From contig OZ024742.1 of assembly GCA_964016885.1 (NCBI GenBank), positions 276,334,001 to 276,398,000 of the forward strand: a stretch of 64,000 bases of DNA, given 5' to 3'. Below are positions 11,748 through 24,670 of this stretch, one piece after another; within the stretch, counting starts at the first letter, position 1, and each line of letters starts with the position of its first letter. Origin of the DNA: Eledone cirrhosa (lineage: Eukaryota). Both the position numbers and the translations under genes were made by a program. The notes beneath the pieces are model-generated. The model had not been told where the DNA came from, did no database searches, and saw only the letters and a list, made by a program, of their open reading frames with translations.

Positions 11748-13507
11748 ATCAGAGAGAGAATTGACCTAGATGAAATGCAGTTCGGGTTTGTGTCAGGCAA
11801 AAGTACCACAGACGCTCTTTTCATTGTACGACAACTACAGGAGAAGTACCTAGCTAAAGGTAAACCCCTCTACTTAGCTTTTGTCGACTTGGAGAAAGCC
11901 TTCGACAGAGTCCCCCGCTCCATTACCTGGTGGGCTCTTAGAAAACTAGGGGTTGACGAATGGCTTGTGAGAGCTATACAAGCCATGTATAAAGAAACAG
12001 TCAGCAAGGTTAGAATTAACAACGAATATAGTGAAGAGTTTAGCGTAAAAGTTGGCGTCCATCAGGGCTCTGTTCTCAGCCCCCTACTATTTATTATTGC
12101 CCTTCAGGCTATAACAGAGGAGTTCAAGACCGGCTGCCCATGGGAACTCCTATACGCAGACGACCTGACACTCATAGCTGAATCAATGGCCGAGCTAGAG
12201 AAGAAATTCCAAACATGGAAGCACGGCCTAGAATCAAAAGGACTTAAAATTAACCTGGCTAAGACTAAAGTTCTAGTTTGTAGGAAAGAAAATAAGGCGG
12301 CGGTCCCTTCTGGGAAATGACCATGCTCAGTGTGTAGGAAAGGCGTAGGTAGAAACTCCATTTTATGTCCCAAATGCAAAGTATGGGTGCATAAAAGATG
12401 TAGTGGGATCACAGGTAAGCTAACTAAGAACATAGATTTTACATGTGGCCGGTGCTCTGGTGCAATAAGTAGCAGCAAGTGCCCACAAAATACTAGCTCT
12501 TTCAATTGCGCAGAGGGTTCTATAGAAATAGTGGACAGCTTCCGTTACCTGGGCGATAAAATCGGCAGTGGGGGAGGGTGCTCTGAAAGTACAGTAGCTA
12601 GAGTCAGAACTGGTTGGAAAAAGTTCAGAGAGCTTATACCACTATTAGCTGCTAAAGGGTTCTCCCTAAAAATGAAAGGCAGGTTGTATGATGCCTGCAT
12701 ACGAACAGCAATGTTGCATGGCAGTGAGACCTGGGCATTGTGTGCAGAGGATATACGCAGACTAGAGAGGAACGAAGCTTGCATGGTCCGCGGGATGTGT
12801 AACAGTAATATACGTGAACGGCAAAGTATAAACGAACTAAGGAAAAAATTAGAAATAAGAGGGATTAGATGTTGTTTACTCGAGAGAAGGCTACGTTGGT
12901 ATGGACATGTGATGCGCATGAAAGTCGATAGCTGTATAACAAAGTGCAGGGCAATAAAGATAGTCGGTAGCCACGGAATAGGCAGACCTAGAAAAACCTG
13001 GGACGAGCTGATAAACTCCGACCTCACACACTTACACCTCTCCAAGACAATGTCACTGGACCGAGACCTTTGGCGGTACTCAGTAATAGAGAAGACCCGC
13101 CTTACCTAAATACAAAGTAAAACCTACTACAGCCAGTAGGCATCTCTAACAAAATACAACCCGTCCCACCACCACCACCCCATCCACACCACCCTGTTCT
13201 ATGTAAAGTTATGTTGGTGCCACGCCATCCAGGCCGAAACAAATGAGATCGTGTAGGTGTCACGACAAAAAAACACACAGTCCAAGCTGTAATGTGACCG
13301 TGTAGGCAACACGGTAAAAACCTCCCAGACCCACACTGTAAATGTGGTTGGTGTTAGGAAGGGCATCCAACTGTAGAAAACCTGCCAGACAGTCCTATGC
13401 GAGCAAGACAATCACTCTTGCCTCAAGTGGGAATACCCCCGTCCAAACCCATGCAAGCGTGGAACACGGACGTTAAACGTTGATGATGATGATGATGATG
13501 ATGATGA
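11748..13507 (+). mobile_element. 5'-truncated RTE LINE (family A), head-to-head partner of 9760-11620, with a nonsense codon at 12318
   Basis: ORFs 11688-12320 and 12330-13109 are in the same frame with a TGG>TGA change. RT motifs present; (TGA)n tail. Confidence 0.95.
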
Positions 13508-13509
13508 CA

Positions 13510-13543
<34 letters not shown>

Positions 13544-13762
13544 CATATATATATATACATATATATATATATACATATATATATATGTATGTATATATAT
13601 ATATGTGTGTATGTATATATATATATAAACGGAAAAAAGTGTACCTACTTATATATATATATATGTATATATATATGTGTGTGTGTATATATATATATAT
13701 ATATGTATATAAACGGAAAAAAGTGTACCTACTTATATATACGTCGTCGTCGTCGTCGTCGT

Positions 13763-14139
13763 CATACTTACATTTAAGTAAGTGCCGTACTAAGAGTGAG
13801 AAATGAAATTTCGTTTTCATTCTATTACAACTTTTCGGTGCGCCTGGCCGACTGAACTCACTCGATATGCAAATTAGGCTGCTCAGCCGTTAATTTTCAT
13901 AAGGAAAGTATACTTTCGAACGTTCACCCATCTGGCAGAAGGGTATACGGTGCTGATGATAGCTAAGAAGCTTGAAACTAGTACATCGTTCCTGTGTCAG
14001 TGTTGAACAAAAAGGTGACGTGGTTGCCTTAACACCGTACGGCATAAATTCAGGCTGTCCGTTTGTTTATAAACGGACAAAGCGGGCGTTATAATAAACG
14101 TCCGCTAAACTGATACGTACATATATGTATGTGTACCTG

Positions 14140-14177
<38 letters not shown>

Positions 14178-14292
14178 TGCTACTGTACGTCTGTATACAT
14201 ATATGTATGTACGTATACATACATACTTACATTTATGTAAGTGCCGTACTAAGAGTGAGAAATGAAATTTCGTTTTCATTCTATTACAACTT
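13763..14292 (+). mobile_element. non-autonomous Penelope-like/retrozyme-like module with 71-bp terminal direct repeats
   Basis: 13763-13833 and 14222-14292 are near-identical. Internal hammerhead motif; microsatellite flanks. Confidence 0.6.
13947..13989 (+). ncRNA. minimal type-I hammerhead ribozyme motif
   Basis: ACGGTG CTGATGA T AGCT aaga AGCT T GAAAC TA GTA CATCGT: stem I ACGGTG/CATCGT, palindromic stem III ACTAGT, GUA triplet. Confidence 0.7.
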
Positions 14293-14717
14293 ATATATAC
14301 ATATATATACATATACGGATTTTCTAATTGGATACCCCGAAACTGGATACCAACACTGAATACACCTGAACTTCTACCAGGAAATCTTTCGTATCAATTA
14401 AATTTTCTTTTCTTTGCTTCATATATATATATTATATATACTTGTCCGCCATTGCAAAAGGCCATAAATTCAAAATTTTGAAGAGAGAGGAAAAGAGAGA
14501 AGTGATCTATGAACTTGTACATCTCACTGACCCCCCGCCACCACAATAACAATAATGTCTACACTCGCTCCCCACCATCACCACAGTACTCATTACTCTA
14601 TCTAAGGTGGCTGACCTGTTCCCTGTTCACATACTGCTGACTCTTTTGATGTATGTATGTGTATATACATATATATATGTGTGTGTATATGTATATCTCA
14701 GTGGATGCGACCAGATT

Positions 14718-14980
14718 TCAACACAGCAACAACTACAACAACAACAGCAGCAACACCAACAGCAACAACACCATCGTCTGTGTTGAATGTGTGTGTATGT
14801 ATGTATTTGTATATATGCGACAGCAATAACAGCATCAACACCATTGTCTGCAGCAACAGCAGCAGTGAAATGAAGAACAACAACAACAGCAACGACAACA
14901 ACTACAGCACCAACAACTGCCACCACCATCACTGACCATCCACCACCACCACACTGGCACCATCCACCACCATTACCAGC
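14718..14980. repeat. (CAA/CAG/CAC)n low-complexity tract
   Basis: Seen directly; a similar tract lies at 53015-53210. Confidence 0.85.
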
Positions 14981-15269
14981 GTAAAGCAAACAATTATTAT
15001 TATTATTATATACAAGCTGAACTGGACTGGGAAAGGTCAACAGTTGACATGATTTTGATTTTGATGATTTTGATTTTGATTTTGTATCAGTACTGTTAGT
15101 AATATATGTTTATATATGTGTGTTTGTGAGTGGTGTGTGTGATTGTATGCATGAATGAGTGTTGGTATGTGAGTGGCGTGTGTGTGTGGTTGTGGTTTGT
15201 ATGCATGAGTGTTGGTGTGTGAGTGTTTGTGTGTGCGTCGTGTCTTTTTTTGTTTTTTGTTTTTTTTTA

Positions 15270-18200
15270 ATGACCATGCTGTAAAATGGAGGGGTAGAGA
15301 GGGCCCTTGAGTCTAGTAAGACATCCTCTCTAGTGCTGGTGGCACAAATAAAAGCACCCAGTCCATGCTGTAAAGTGGCGCTGGTGTTAGGAAGGGCATC
15401 CAACCAGTGTATCAATGCCAAAACGCTTATCAGCACAGCAACAATTAGGAACAACAAAATATGAAGACGTTGCATCTCAGAGTTGCAACACTTAATGTTG
15501 GCACTCTCAGAGGTAGATCTGCTGAAATAGCGGAGATGCTGGAGAGAAGGCAGGTGGATGTGTGCTGCGTGCAAGAGGTGAGATGGAGAGGTGCCTCTGC
15601 AAGACTAGTCGTAGGCAAGCGTCTTAGCTATAAGCTATTCTGGGTAGGTAAGGATGATGGGCTAGGGGGAGTAGGCATTTTCCTGGCGGAGAAATAGATC
15701 AATAAGACAATAGAGGTAGTTCGAGTTAGTAATCGAATAATTAAGCTTAGATTAGTTGTAGGTAGGAGACTATTGACAATCATCTCGGTCTATGCTCCCC
15801 AAGCAGGCCTAGGCAAAGATGAGAAAGACTGCTTTTATGAGCAACTTTTGCAAATAACCGCAATGACAGAGGGTGGAGACATCGTTATGCTAGCAGGAGA
15901 CTTCAATGGTCATGTTGGACAGCTCCAGGATGGTTACACTGGGGTACATGGTGGGCACGGTTATGGTTCAAGAAATGAAGAAGGAGTTAGACTTCTTGAA
16001 TTTTGTGATGCGAGTACATAGACTATTTGCAACACAAACTTCCAGAAGCCTGCCAATCACCTAATAACCTACAAATCTGGTGAGCACATAAGCCAGATTG
16101 ACTTCTTACTAGTTAGGCAGCGGGACAGGCAGATAGTGTCTAATACCAAGGCATACCCTGGGGAAGAATGTACCCCACAGCATAGGTTAGTTGTTAGTGA
16201 TATCTCAGTAAGCAAGAGATGGAATGAGACATATAGGAAGGTGTGGAGAAGAAAGGTCTGGAAGCTAAAAGACCTTTCACTAAAATACAAATTTAGGAAA
16301 GCCCTTCAAGATGTATATGACGAAAAAGAAGACAATTTAGAGACATATGACATAGATAATAACTGGAATTTCTTACGTGACAACTTGCTGCAGGCTACTG
16401 ATGAAACCTGTGGCTGGAGCAGAGCTCCAACCAGACAGAGAGTGACCTGGTGGTGGAACAGCACAGTAGATAAGGCTATTAGAGACAAAAGACTAGCATG
16501 GAAGGCTTGGAGTAGGGAAGAATATACAGCCACTAAGAAAGAAGCTAGACGTCAGGTGTACTTAGCACGCAGGGAGGCAGAGAGTAGGAGGTTTGCCAAT
16601 GTTCTGCGACGGGAAGATCAGAGGCGTGCGGTGTTCCACATTGCAAGGCAGTGTGTCAATGCAAATTAGGATGTTGTTGGAGATAAATGTGTCCGGGATG
16701 ATGCCGGTGTACTTAGTGTCACGAATGATCAGAAAAAGGAGGCCTGGAAATGTCATTATGAGAGACTGATGAATGTGGAGAAGGAATGGGAGAGAGACAA
16801 ATTACCCTTGGTAGATCCGACAGAGGGACCAGCTATTGAGATTGACGAATATAGAGTCCAAGAGGCGATTAGGGAAATGAAAAATGGTAAGGCTGCCGGA
16901 CCATCGGGAATAGTTGCTGAGATGCTGAAGGCATCAGGGTACGTAGGCACTAAACTGGTTGCACGCATCATCAATCAGGCTATATATGGTGTTGTCATAC
17001 CCAAAGACTGGTGCAGCAGTATTCTCATAAATTGCTACAAAGGTAAAGAGGATGCTTTGGAGAGGAGCAATTATAGGGGTATAAAACTGATAGATCAGGT
17101 TATGAAAGTGGCAGAAAGGATTTTAGCACAACTAATTAGAGAAAGGGTCAAACTAGATGAGATGCAGTTTGGTTTTGTGCCTGGGAAGAGTACAACAGAT
17201 GCCCTCTTCTTGGTGAGACAATTGCAAGAGAGGTTCTTAGAGAAGAATAAGCCACTATACTTAGCCTTTGTTGACCTAGAGAAGGCCTTTGATAGGGTAC
17301 CCCAATCTGTCATCTGGTGGTCCCTAAAGAAGCTAGGTGTTGAGGAATGGCTTGTGAGGACAGTGCAAACTTTGTACAGAGGTACTCTCAGTAAAGTCAG
17401 GGTAGGAATGGAGTTTAGTGAGGAATTCCAGATACAAGTAGGAGTACATCAGAGTTCGGTCCTCAGCCCGCTCTTGTTCATTATAGTCCTCCAAGCCATA
17501 ATAGAGGAGTTTAAGACTGGCTGTCCATGGGAACTTCTCTATGCTGATGATCTGGTTCTTATAGCAGAATCAGTAGAGGAGCTAGAGAATAAATTCTGGC
17601 TATGGAAACAGCAGTTGGAAGCAAGAGGACTGAGAGTGAATCTAGCTAAGACAAAAGTGTTGATGAGTAGAAAAGAGGACAAAACCCTGATTCCATCAGG
17701 GAAATGGCCATGTTCGATATGCAGAAAAGGAACTGGCATAAATTCTATAAAATGCACACAATGCAGATCCTGGGTACACAAGAGATGTAGCGGGATAGCA
17801 GGCAAACTAACAGGTAGGGAGAAATATGTATGCAGTAGATGTACAGGGAAATTAGACAGTAGAAGTCGCACTGATAGACACATTTTTCAAATGCAAGAGG
17901 GCGCTATAGAAGTGGTGGATAGCTTCCGGTACCTAGGAGATCAGATTAGCATGGGAGGAGAGTGTTCCGAGGCCATAGTATCTAGAATAAGGACGGGTTG
18001 GAAGAAGTTTAGGGAGCTGCTTCCTCTGTTGACGAAGAAGGGTTTCTCCCTGCGTACGAAAGGCCGGTTGTATGATGCCTGTGTGAGGAGCGCGATGCTG
18101 CATGGTAGTGAGACATGGACAGCAACTGCAGAGGATATGCGACGGCTGGAGAGAAATGAGGCAAGCATGCTCCGTTGGATGTGCAGTGCAAATGTGCGTG

Positions 18201-18536
18201 AACGACCCAGCATAAATGTGTTGAGAGAGAAACTGTGTCTGAGAGGGATAGAATGTAGTGTACGGGAGAGGAGACTGAGGTGGTATGGACATGTGATGCG
18301 CATGGAGGATGACCGATGGGTGAAGAAGTAACAGGAATTGCCAGTTGAAGGAAGACGTGGTAGAGGTAGACCACGAAAAACATGGGCGGAGGTGGTGAGA
18401 ACAGACCTCAGATCATTGAAGCTCACGGTGGAGATGACGAGGGACCGTGACGAGTGGAGAGATGCTGTGCTGAATAAGACCCGTCCCACCCTTGCAAGGA
18501 AAAGCGGACGTAAAATGATGATGATGATGATGATGA
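15270..18536 (+). mobile_element. near full-length RTE LINE (family B): 5' UTR, APE endonuclease, RT and PHD-like finger; inactivated by four in-frame stops
   Basis: ORF pieces at 15461, 15773, 16136, 16769 and 18338 share one frame. Endonuclease motifs ATLNVGTL, CVQEVRW, SVYAPQ, GDFNGHVG and PQHRLVV; RT motif LLYADD; (ATG)n tail. Confidence 0.95.
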
Positions 18537-19017
18537 TATATATATATATACATATACATATATACACATATATACATATATACATATATATATATACATA
18601 TATACATATATATACATATATATATATACATATATACATATATATACATATATATATATACATATATATATATACATATATATATATACATATACATATA
18701 TACATATACATATATATATATATACATATATACATATACATATATATAGATATATATATATATACATATACATATATACATATATATACATATATATATA
18801 TATACATATACATATATACATATATATATATACATATATATATATACATATATACATATACATATATACATATACATATATACATATATACATATACATA
18901 TATATATATATATATACATATATACATATACATATATACATATATATACATATATATATATATACATATATACATATACATATATACATATATATACATA
19001 TATATATATACATATAC

Positions 19018-19048
<31 letters not shown>

Positions 19049-19100
19049 CATATATATACATACATATATATATATATACATATATATACATATATATATA
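18537..19100. repeat. (TA)n/(TATACA)n microsatellite
   Basis: Seen directly. Confidence 0.95.
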
Positions 19101-19102
19101 TA

Positions 19103-20330
19103 CTAGCAGAAGTACCCGGCGTTGCCCGGGTGTAAGTCGACCTTTGGTCTGTTGTTAAAATGTTTGAAAGTTACTTCCCGCGCATCACAGGTGCAAAAAC
19201 CTTCGAACCTCAAGGAAAAAAAACATATGTTAGTATACGCAGGTGTGTAATTGAGCATAAATAATGGATCAATTGTAGGTCCAGATGGTGGCCGACAGCG
19301 CAGTAATGCGGCATGGTGAGGCATGACTATGCAGTGGGACGACGGCGTGCAGGGAAGGGAGAGGGCAGGGGTTGACGGTGGCAGAGATGCGGCTTGGTCA
19401 GGCCTGGAAGTCTTGAGCTCTCCCGGAGTGTAGGCAATGGAAATGGGCAGGGGTGGACGGTGGCAGGGATTCGGCATGTTGAGCCGTGGCAGTCCTTAGG
19501 GACCACGGAGGGCAGGCAATGGAAAGGGCCAGGGAATGAATTGCAGCTGACAATGCAGAGATGCGCATGGTGATGCACAACGATGCAGTAGGTCGACGGC
19601 GTGCAGGGATGGGAGAGGGTAGAGTTTGACGGATGCCTCATTATGCTACGGTAGTAGGACCACGGGAATGAAGGGAGCGCATGGAGGCTCGATGATCACT
19701 TGAGAAGACTGGGCACAATACAGGATGATGCGCGGCGGTATAGTGTTGATAGTCCTTATATAAGAAATGGAAGAATCGGCATAAAAGGTTTGCTGAATAT
19801 GGTGAGCGTTAATTTAAATAGACTTACGGTAGATAATCCTGATAGATTGAACATTTTTTGCATGGCGGGAGTCGCGACAAATGTAAGCAAGAAGAATGGC
19901 GTTTTTCGGTTGCCGGATTTTTGCCTCTGGGGGTCCGATTATCGATTTTCTTTTTACAATTTCAAGTATCCCACGTTAATCCCCGCATCAAAATACATAC
20001 CTACGTCAAATTTCATTGGAATCGGACAAATTTCGTAAATATCGATTTTTGCCTCTGGTGATCCAATTATCGATTTTTCGAAAATTTAATGTAGCGCACG
20101 TTTATCCCCGAATCAAAATACACACTTGCGTCGAGTTTCATCGATTTTTGAAAATATCGATTTTTGGCTTCTGGGGTCCCGATTATCGATTTTTCGAAAT
20201 GTTCAAGTAGCCTATTCCACTCTACGCGTTGAGTTTTATATATGTGTGAGGTTTCATGAAAATTGGATGAACGGTGTAGCATGCAAGTTGGGAACACCAA
20301 ACAATGCCCATCTTCACTTTATATATAAGA
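19103..20330 (-). mobile_element. non-autonomous Helitron with internal tandem repeats
   Basis: Minus strand begins A|TCTTATATATAAAG and ends with a CCCGGGCAACGCCGGG hairpin then CTAG|T. GC-rich repeats at 19330-19630 and ~120-bp repeats at 19915-20200. Confidence 0.8.
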
Positions 20331-20363
20331 TATACATATACATATATACATATATATATACAT

Positions 20364-20399
<36 letters not shown>

Positions 20400-20585
20400 C
20401 ATTATATAAGATCCTTCTGACGAGATTCTTTCTTTGCAACGAAGGCCGTATGGACTCCGTTTATTTTTGAGAATCGAAACCGAATCGGTAAAGGTAACCA
20501 TAGTAAGTAAAGTTAATTTTTTTTAATTTATTTTGAAACTTTTTCTTATTTGCTAAACCTTGATTATATATACATTATATATATA

Positions 20586-20642
<57 letters not shown>

Positions 20643-20774
20643 TACTATAGTGGCAAAGTATGTATGGGACTTGTATTATGAGGGTGATGGTGATAACCCC
20701 TACCCACCAAGTCGACATTGCAAGGTGTGCCATTGGAGGTGGAAGAGTGGTAAATGGTATCCAAGCTGCACTAC

Positions 20775-21730
20775 ATGGTAAAAATCCGCTTAGGCTTATG
20801 CTAAGAAGAAGCAAAATAAGCAAGAATTTCACAGAATTTTACAAGTAACTGTTTAGGTGCAAATAACATTTTAGGCTATATTTAGGAGAATTATTTAACA
20901 AGTTTTAGATACATTGATAATAAGGTTTAGTTTTTAATCTAGAAGTTTTGTTGGCTACATACGATCTGCTGTCTGGTAGAAATTCTGCAGTTCAACTTTT
21001 TTCACATATTTCTAAACACTCACATATGTGTGCGAGAAAAGCAAGAATGGTCAAGAGAAAACGTGTGGAATTTATAGTTATTTCATAAGGTTATATAGAA
21101 AATTACGGAATCTGTTATGGCAAAAAATGAAACTGCACTAGGCTTATACTAATTATACTAATAGACAATAATTTCACAGTATATTTTACAAGTAACTGCT
21201 TAGACACAAAATAACATTTTAGGCTAAACAATATACACCCCACCCCATCCCCACCATTCAAGGAATCTTCCTTAGAAACTAACTAATAATTGTTCGTGGA
21301 AACCACCACATATTTGCGAAATCATAAATATCTTCCACGATTTTTTAATGGCTTTTTTCATGGCAATATATATTTTTTTAACACTAAATTATTAATAACA
21401 ATATACCGTATTTGCCGGTCTATTGGACGCCCCTTCGCGCCCCTTCGCATAAGATATTTTATGTTATATTTTTACATTTATAGGCATTTTTATGGACCAC
21501 GTCCAATATTTGCTGGGGCTTTTGGAACGTAACCCCCGCGAATACAACTGTATTTAGAAGAATTAATTAACGAGTTTTAGATACAATAATAATAAGGTTA
21601 AGTTTTAAATCTAGAAGTTTTGTTGCCTACATACAATCCGCTGGCCGGTAGAAATCACACAATTCAGCTTTTCTCATATATTTCTAGACATTCAGTTATG
21701 TGTGAGAAGGGAAAGAATCAATATATTACA
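20775..21730. repeat. diverged ~340-bp tandem duplication; the second unit is interrupted by a Tc1/pogo-type MITE (about 21232-21550)
   Basis: TTTTACAAGTAACTG...ACATTTTAGGCTA...AATCTAGAAGTTTTGTTG occurs twice. The insert is homologous to 24671-24997. Confidence 0.7.
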
Positions 21731-22189
21731 AAAATAAACATCTGACCATCCTGTACTATACTCAAAGATGTCAGCAAATTATAATTATTATCACAGCTTT
21801 AAAAAAAATATTTGGGGGTTTTGTTTTACTACACTGGTATGGGTTAATCAGATTTACTTAGTCCCACCCTGCGTACATTGAAATTGCTATAAAAATATAC
21901 AGCTGGTGTTTGTTTATACAGCTGTTATAAAGAAATTTGTGGATTGGTGGTGGTGATGGTGGGGGTGAGCAGTAAAATAATATATCAGTAGTGATCTAGA
22001 AATGAACTTTTGAAAGTAAAGTTTACACTAAGGGATTCTAGTCCACAAATTAAATTACCATCACGTTTGGACTTTGGTACAGCTACAAGTCATCAGATCT
22101 AAAGTTACTAAATATAGCATAGAAACAAATTATAGAAACTTTATTGGATACAAACATTTCTTGTTGCGTTGTTGGACCACTGTCGGTTC

Positions 22190-22380
22190 TGTGGATGTGT
22201 GTGCCAGTTGTTTGAACAGAATAACCTGCTTGTAAAATTAATGCACAAGTGGCTGAGCATTCCACATATGTGTGTACCATTAATGTAGTTCTCAAGGAGA
22301 TTCAGTGCAACACAGTGTGACAACTTATTTTTGATAGCTAAGTGAACTGGAGCAGCATTAAAGTATCTAGCTCAAGGACA
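22190..22380 (-). mobile_element. SINE fragment (second family)
   Basis: Homologous to plus-strand copies at 46695-46995 and 58118-58425, which have tRNA-like A/B-box heads. Confidence 0.6.
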
Positions 22381-23572
22381 TTACAACAACAACACATAAT
22401 TAGTATAATAAAAATTACAAATTTCAGAGTATGATACATTTTTTTTTTTTTTTTTAATTTCTCATTCATTTATTGATGATATCTCAATTAAAGGCATTAT
22501 AATCTATATTAACTCTTTTATTGCCATATTTTTAATGAAAGACACTGATGATTTCCAAATAATTTTGAAAATAATCAAGAATTTGAAAGGATTTAGTGAT
22601 ATACCTATTTGTTTTCAATATTTGGCTGGTGTTTGGAACCTAACTTAACAAGGATTCTTACATAAAATTATGATGGAAGGTTTTTAGATAAATATAAACA
22701 CATTAAAATAAACAGCTTAATATCATAAAACTAGGGGCAGTTTCAAGCAGTTTGGTATCAAAAAGGTCCATACACTTTTTTTCTTTTTTTTTTTTTCTAT
22801 GTTGGAAGAGATGACAAAGAGGCCAAGTTGATAAAACGTTTAACAAAACAAACTTGACAGGTCAGATATTCATAAACGTTATTGGAATTTCACTATATGT
22901 ATGTACTACATATGAAGTTCTACAAAGATCAGTTCACGTAATACAATATAACAAATGCCCAAAGTTTCTGGGAAAGTTACTTGTTGTACATGAAAATATT
23001 ACCTAAAACGATTACAATAGTGTCCAATGTCTAACATTAGATAAATTAAATTTAAAAATTCTATTGAATGGAGAGAAAAATTGAAAGCAAGTAAATCTAT
23101 ATTAAAGATTTTAAAAACTATATCAATAAGGAAGTTCCTTTTGAAATGCTATACTTAGAAGAAATATATGTCAAAATACACTCTGAAGCATTTAATTTTA
23201 ATATTGATTATGAACTGTCTTTTTCTGAAAAACAATGAAAGAAAACAAGATAGGGAAAGAACTCTAGAACAATGTGACAATTTTCTAAAGAAGGAAGGTA
23301 TTAACATGTGTATGTATGAATTTATACACTCATGTATATGCACACATACAAACACATAAAGATGAGTGTGCAAGAGAGCAAAAAAAAAGTGATGCAGAAA
23401 AAGTAAGGGAGAGTTGAAGAGAAAGATAATATTCTTGTTTAGAAAACAAACTGTTCTAGTCTGTCATTTCAGAAAATGAAAATGTTCCATTTCAGAACAC
23501 TCATCATCACATCAACTGTTACACTCACATTCAATTAGAACTTTTGGGTTTTCTCTATCTCCATTCTGAAGC

Positions 23573-23603
<31 letters not shown>

Positions 23604-24159
23604 TGGTTTCTTTGTTGGTAGATTATTCTGGAATGAACCGAAATTCTGTACCAAATTTTATAAAGATTCATTGAAAAATAATATTATTTCACGACAGACA
23701 AACTTTCACAATATATAGACAGATTACACATATACATACACAAATATATGTGCCACAAACAGCTGATTACACCAAAATTAATGTTGTCTTTAAACTTTCT
23801 AATTCTATCTATACAGGTGAAGATTTTATAGAAATAAACCAAACCTCATTTAGAAACAAAACATGATTTCTACCAACATTTTGAGAAAAACGATACCAAC
23901 AATGATAAATATATATTTATATTATGAAACCAGTGCTGATACAAAAAATACTTCTTATGAAGTGTTCATATTCAAATTAAAATCTTCCAACATAATTTTA
24001 TTTGAGAACTTTTGTTGTTGTTTAGCACCAATTCAGTACTGATCAAGCAAACCTTTGATGAAAGGCATTCCAGCCATATCCTTGGCAGTGTTAAACCTAC
24101 ATACTAAACCTCCCAGCCTGAAATATTGTTTAAAATATGTAAACATACAAATGCTGTTC

Positions 24160-24360
24160 TCATCATCATCATCATCGTTTGTCCATCTTCCACGCTAGCA
24201 TGGGTCAGACGGGAGTTGTCCCAATTTGAGGCAAGGTTGGTCGGGTGACCGTGTCTCGCTCATATAGGACTATCTGGCAGGTTTTCTACGGCTGGATGCC
24301 CTTCCTAACACTAACCACACTGTGTTTTTTTGTTGTGACACCTACACGATCTCAATCTCA
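24160..24360 (-). mobile_element. RTE family A 3' UTR fragment
   Basis: Matches 55620-55884 in reverse; (CAT)n tail. Confidence 0.8.
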
Positions 24361-24670
24361 TTTTCTCATTTATTTGGACTGTTATCTTAACTGGCATTTA
24401 AAAAAAAGACTTGAAAACCTGACAACAAACCTAAAAATGCTGCAGATATTTACTCCAAGAGAATAAATATATATTTTGAAGGTGAATAAACCTGACACTA
24501 TTTTTCCCACCACAAAAAGTAAATTCATTCCCTCTATGGAGGAAAGGTGTACAAATTTCAAAAACATTATTCCATATCAAGTCAAACTATCAGGAGGCAG
24601 TTTACCAACTCTCTTTAAATCTTGATTGCTTTATGTTGAAAATAAGGTGTTCCAATTATAGTTGGGTATA

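Noticed and set aside
14627-15040. Val/Cys/Thr-rich ORFs (also at 52897-53278)
   Set aside because: Products of trinucleotide low-complexity tracts.
10543-18383. ORFs antisense to RTE coding regions
   Set aside because: Shadow frames of the LINE ORFs.
22545-22580. CTGATGA...GAAA inside a MITE
   Set aside because: No pairing stems; a chance match in AT-rich DNA.
23155-23260. Strong minus-strand acceptor at 23225
   Set aside because: Downstream frames hit stops and no good donor follows.
23573-23601. Long poly-G run (also at about 52801)
   Set aside because: Homopolymer; G-quadruplex potential is trivial and its length may be a sequencing artefact.
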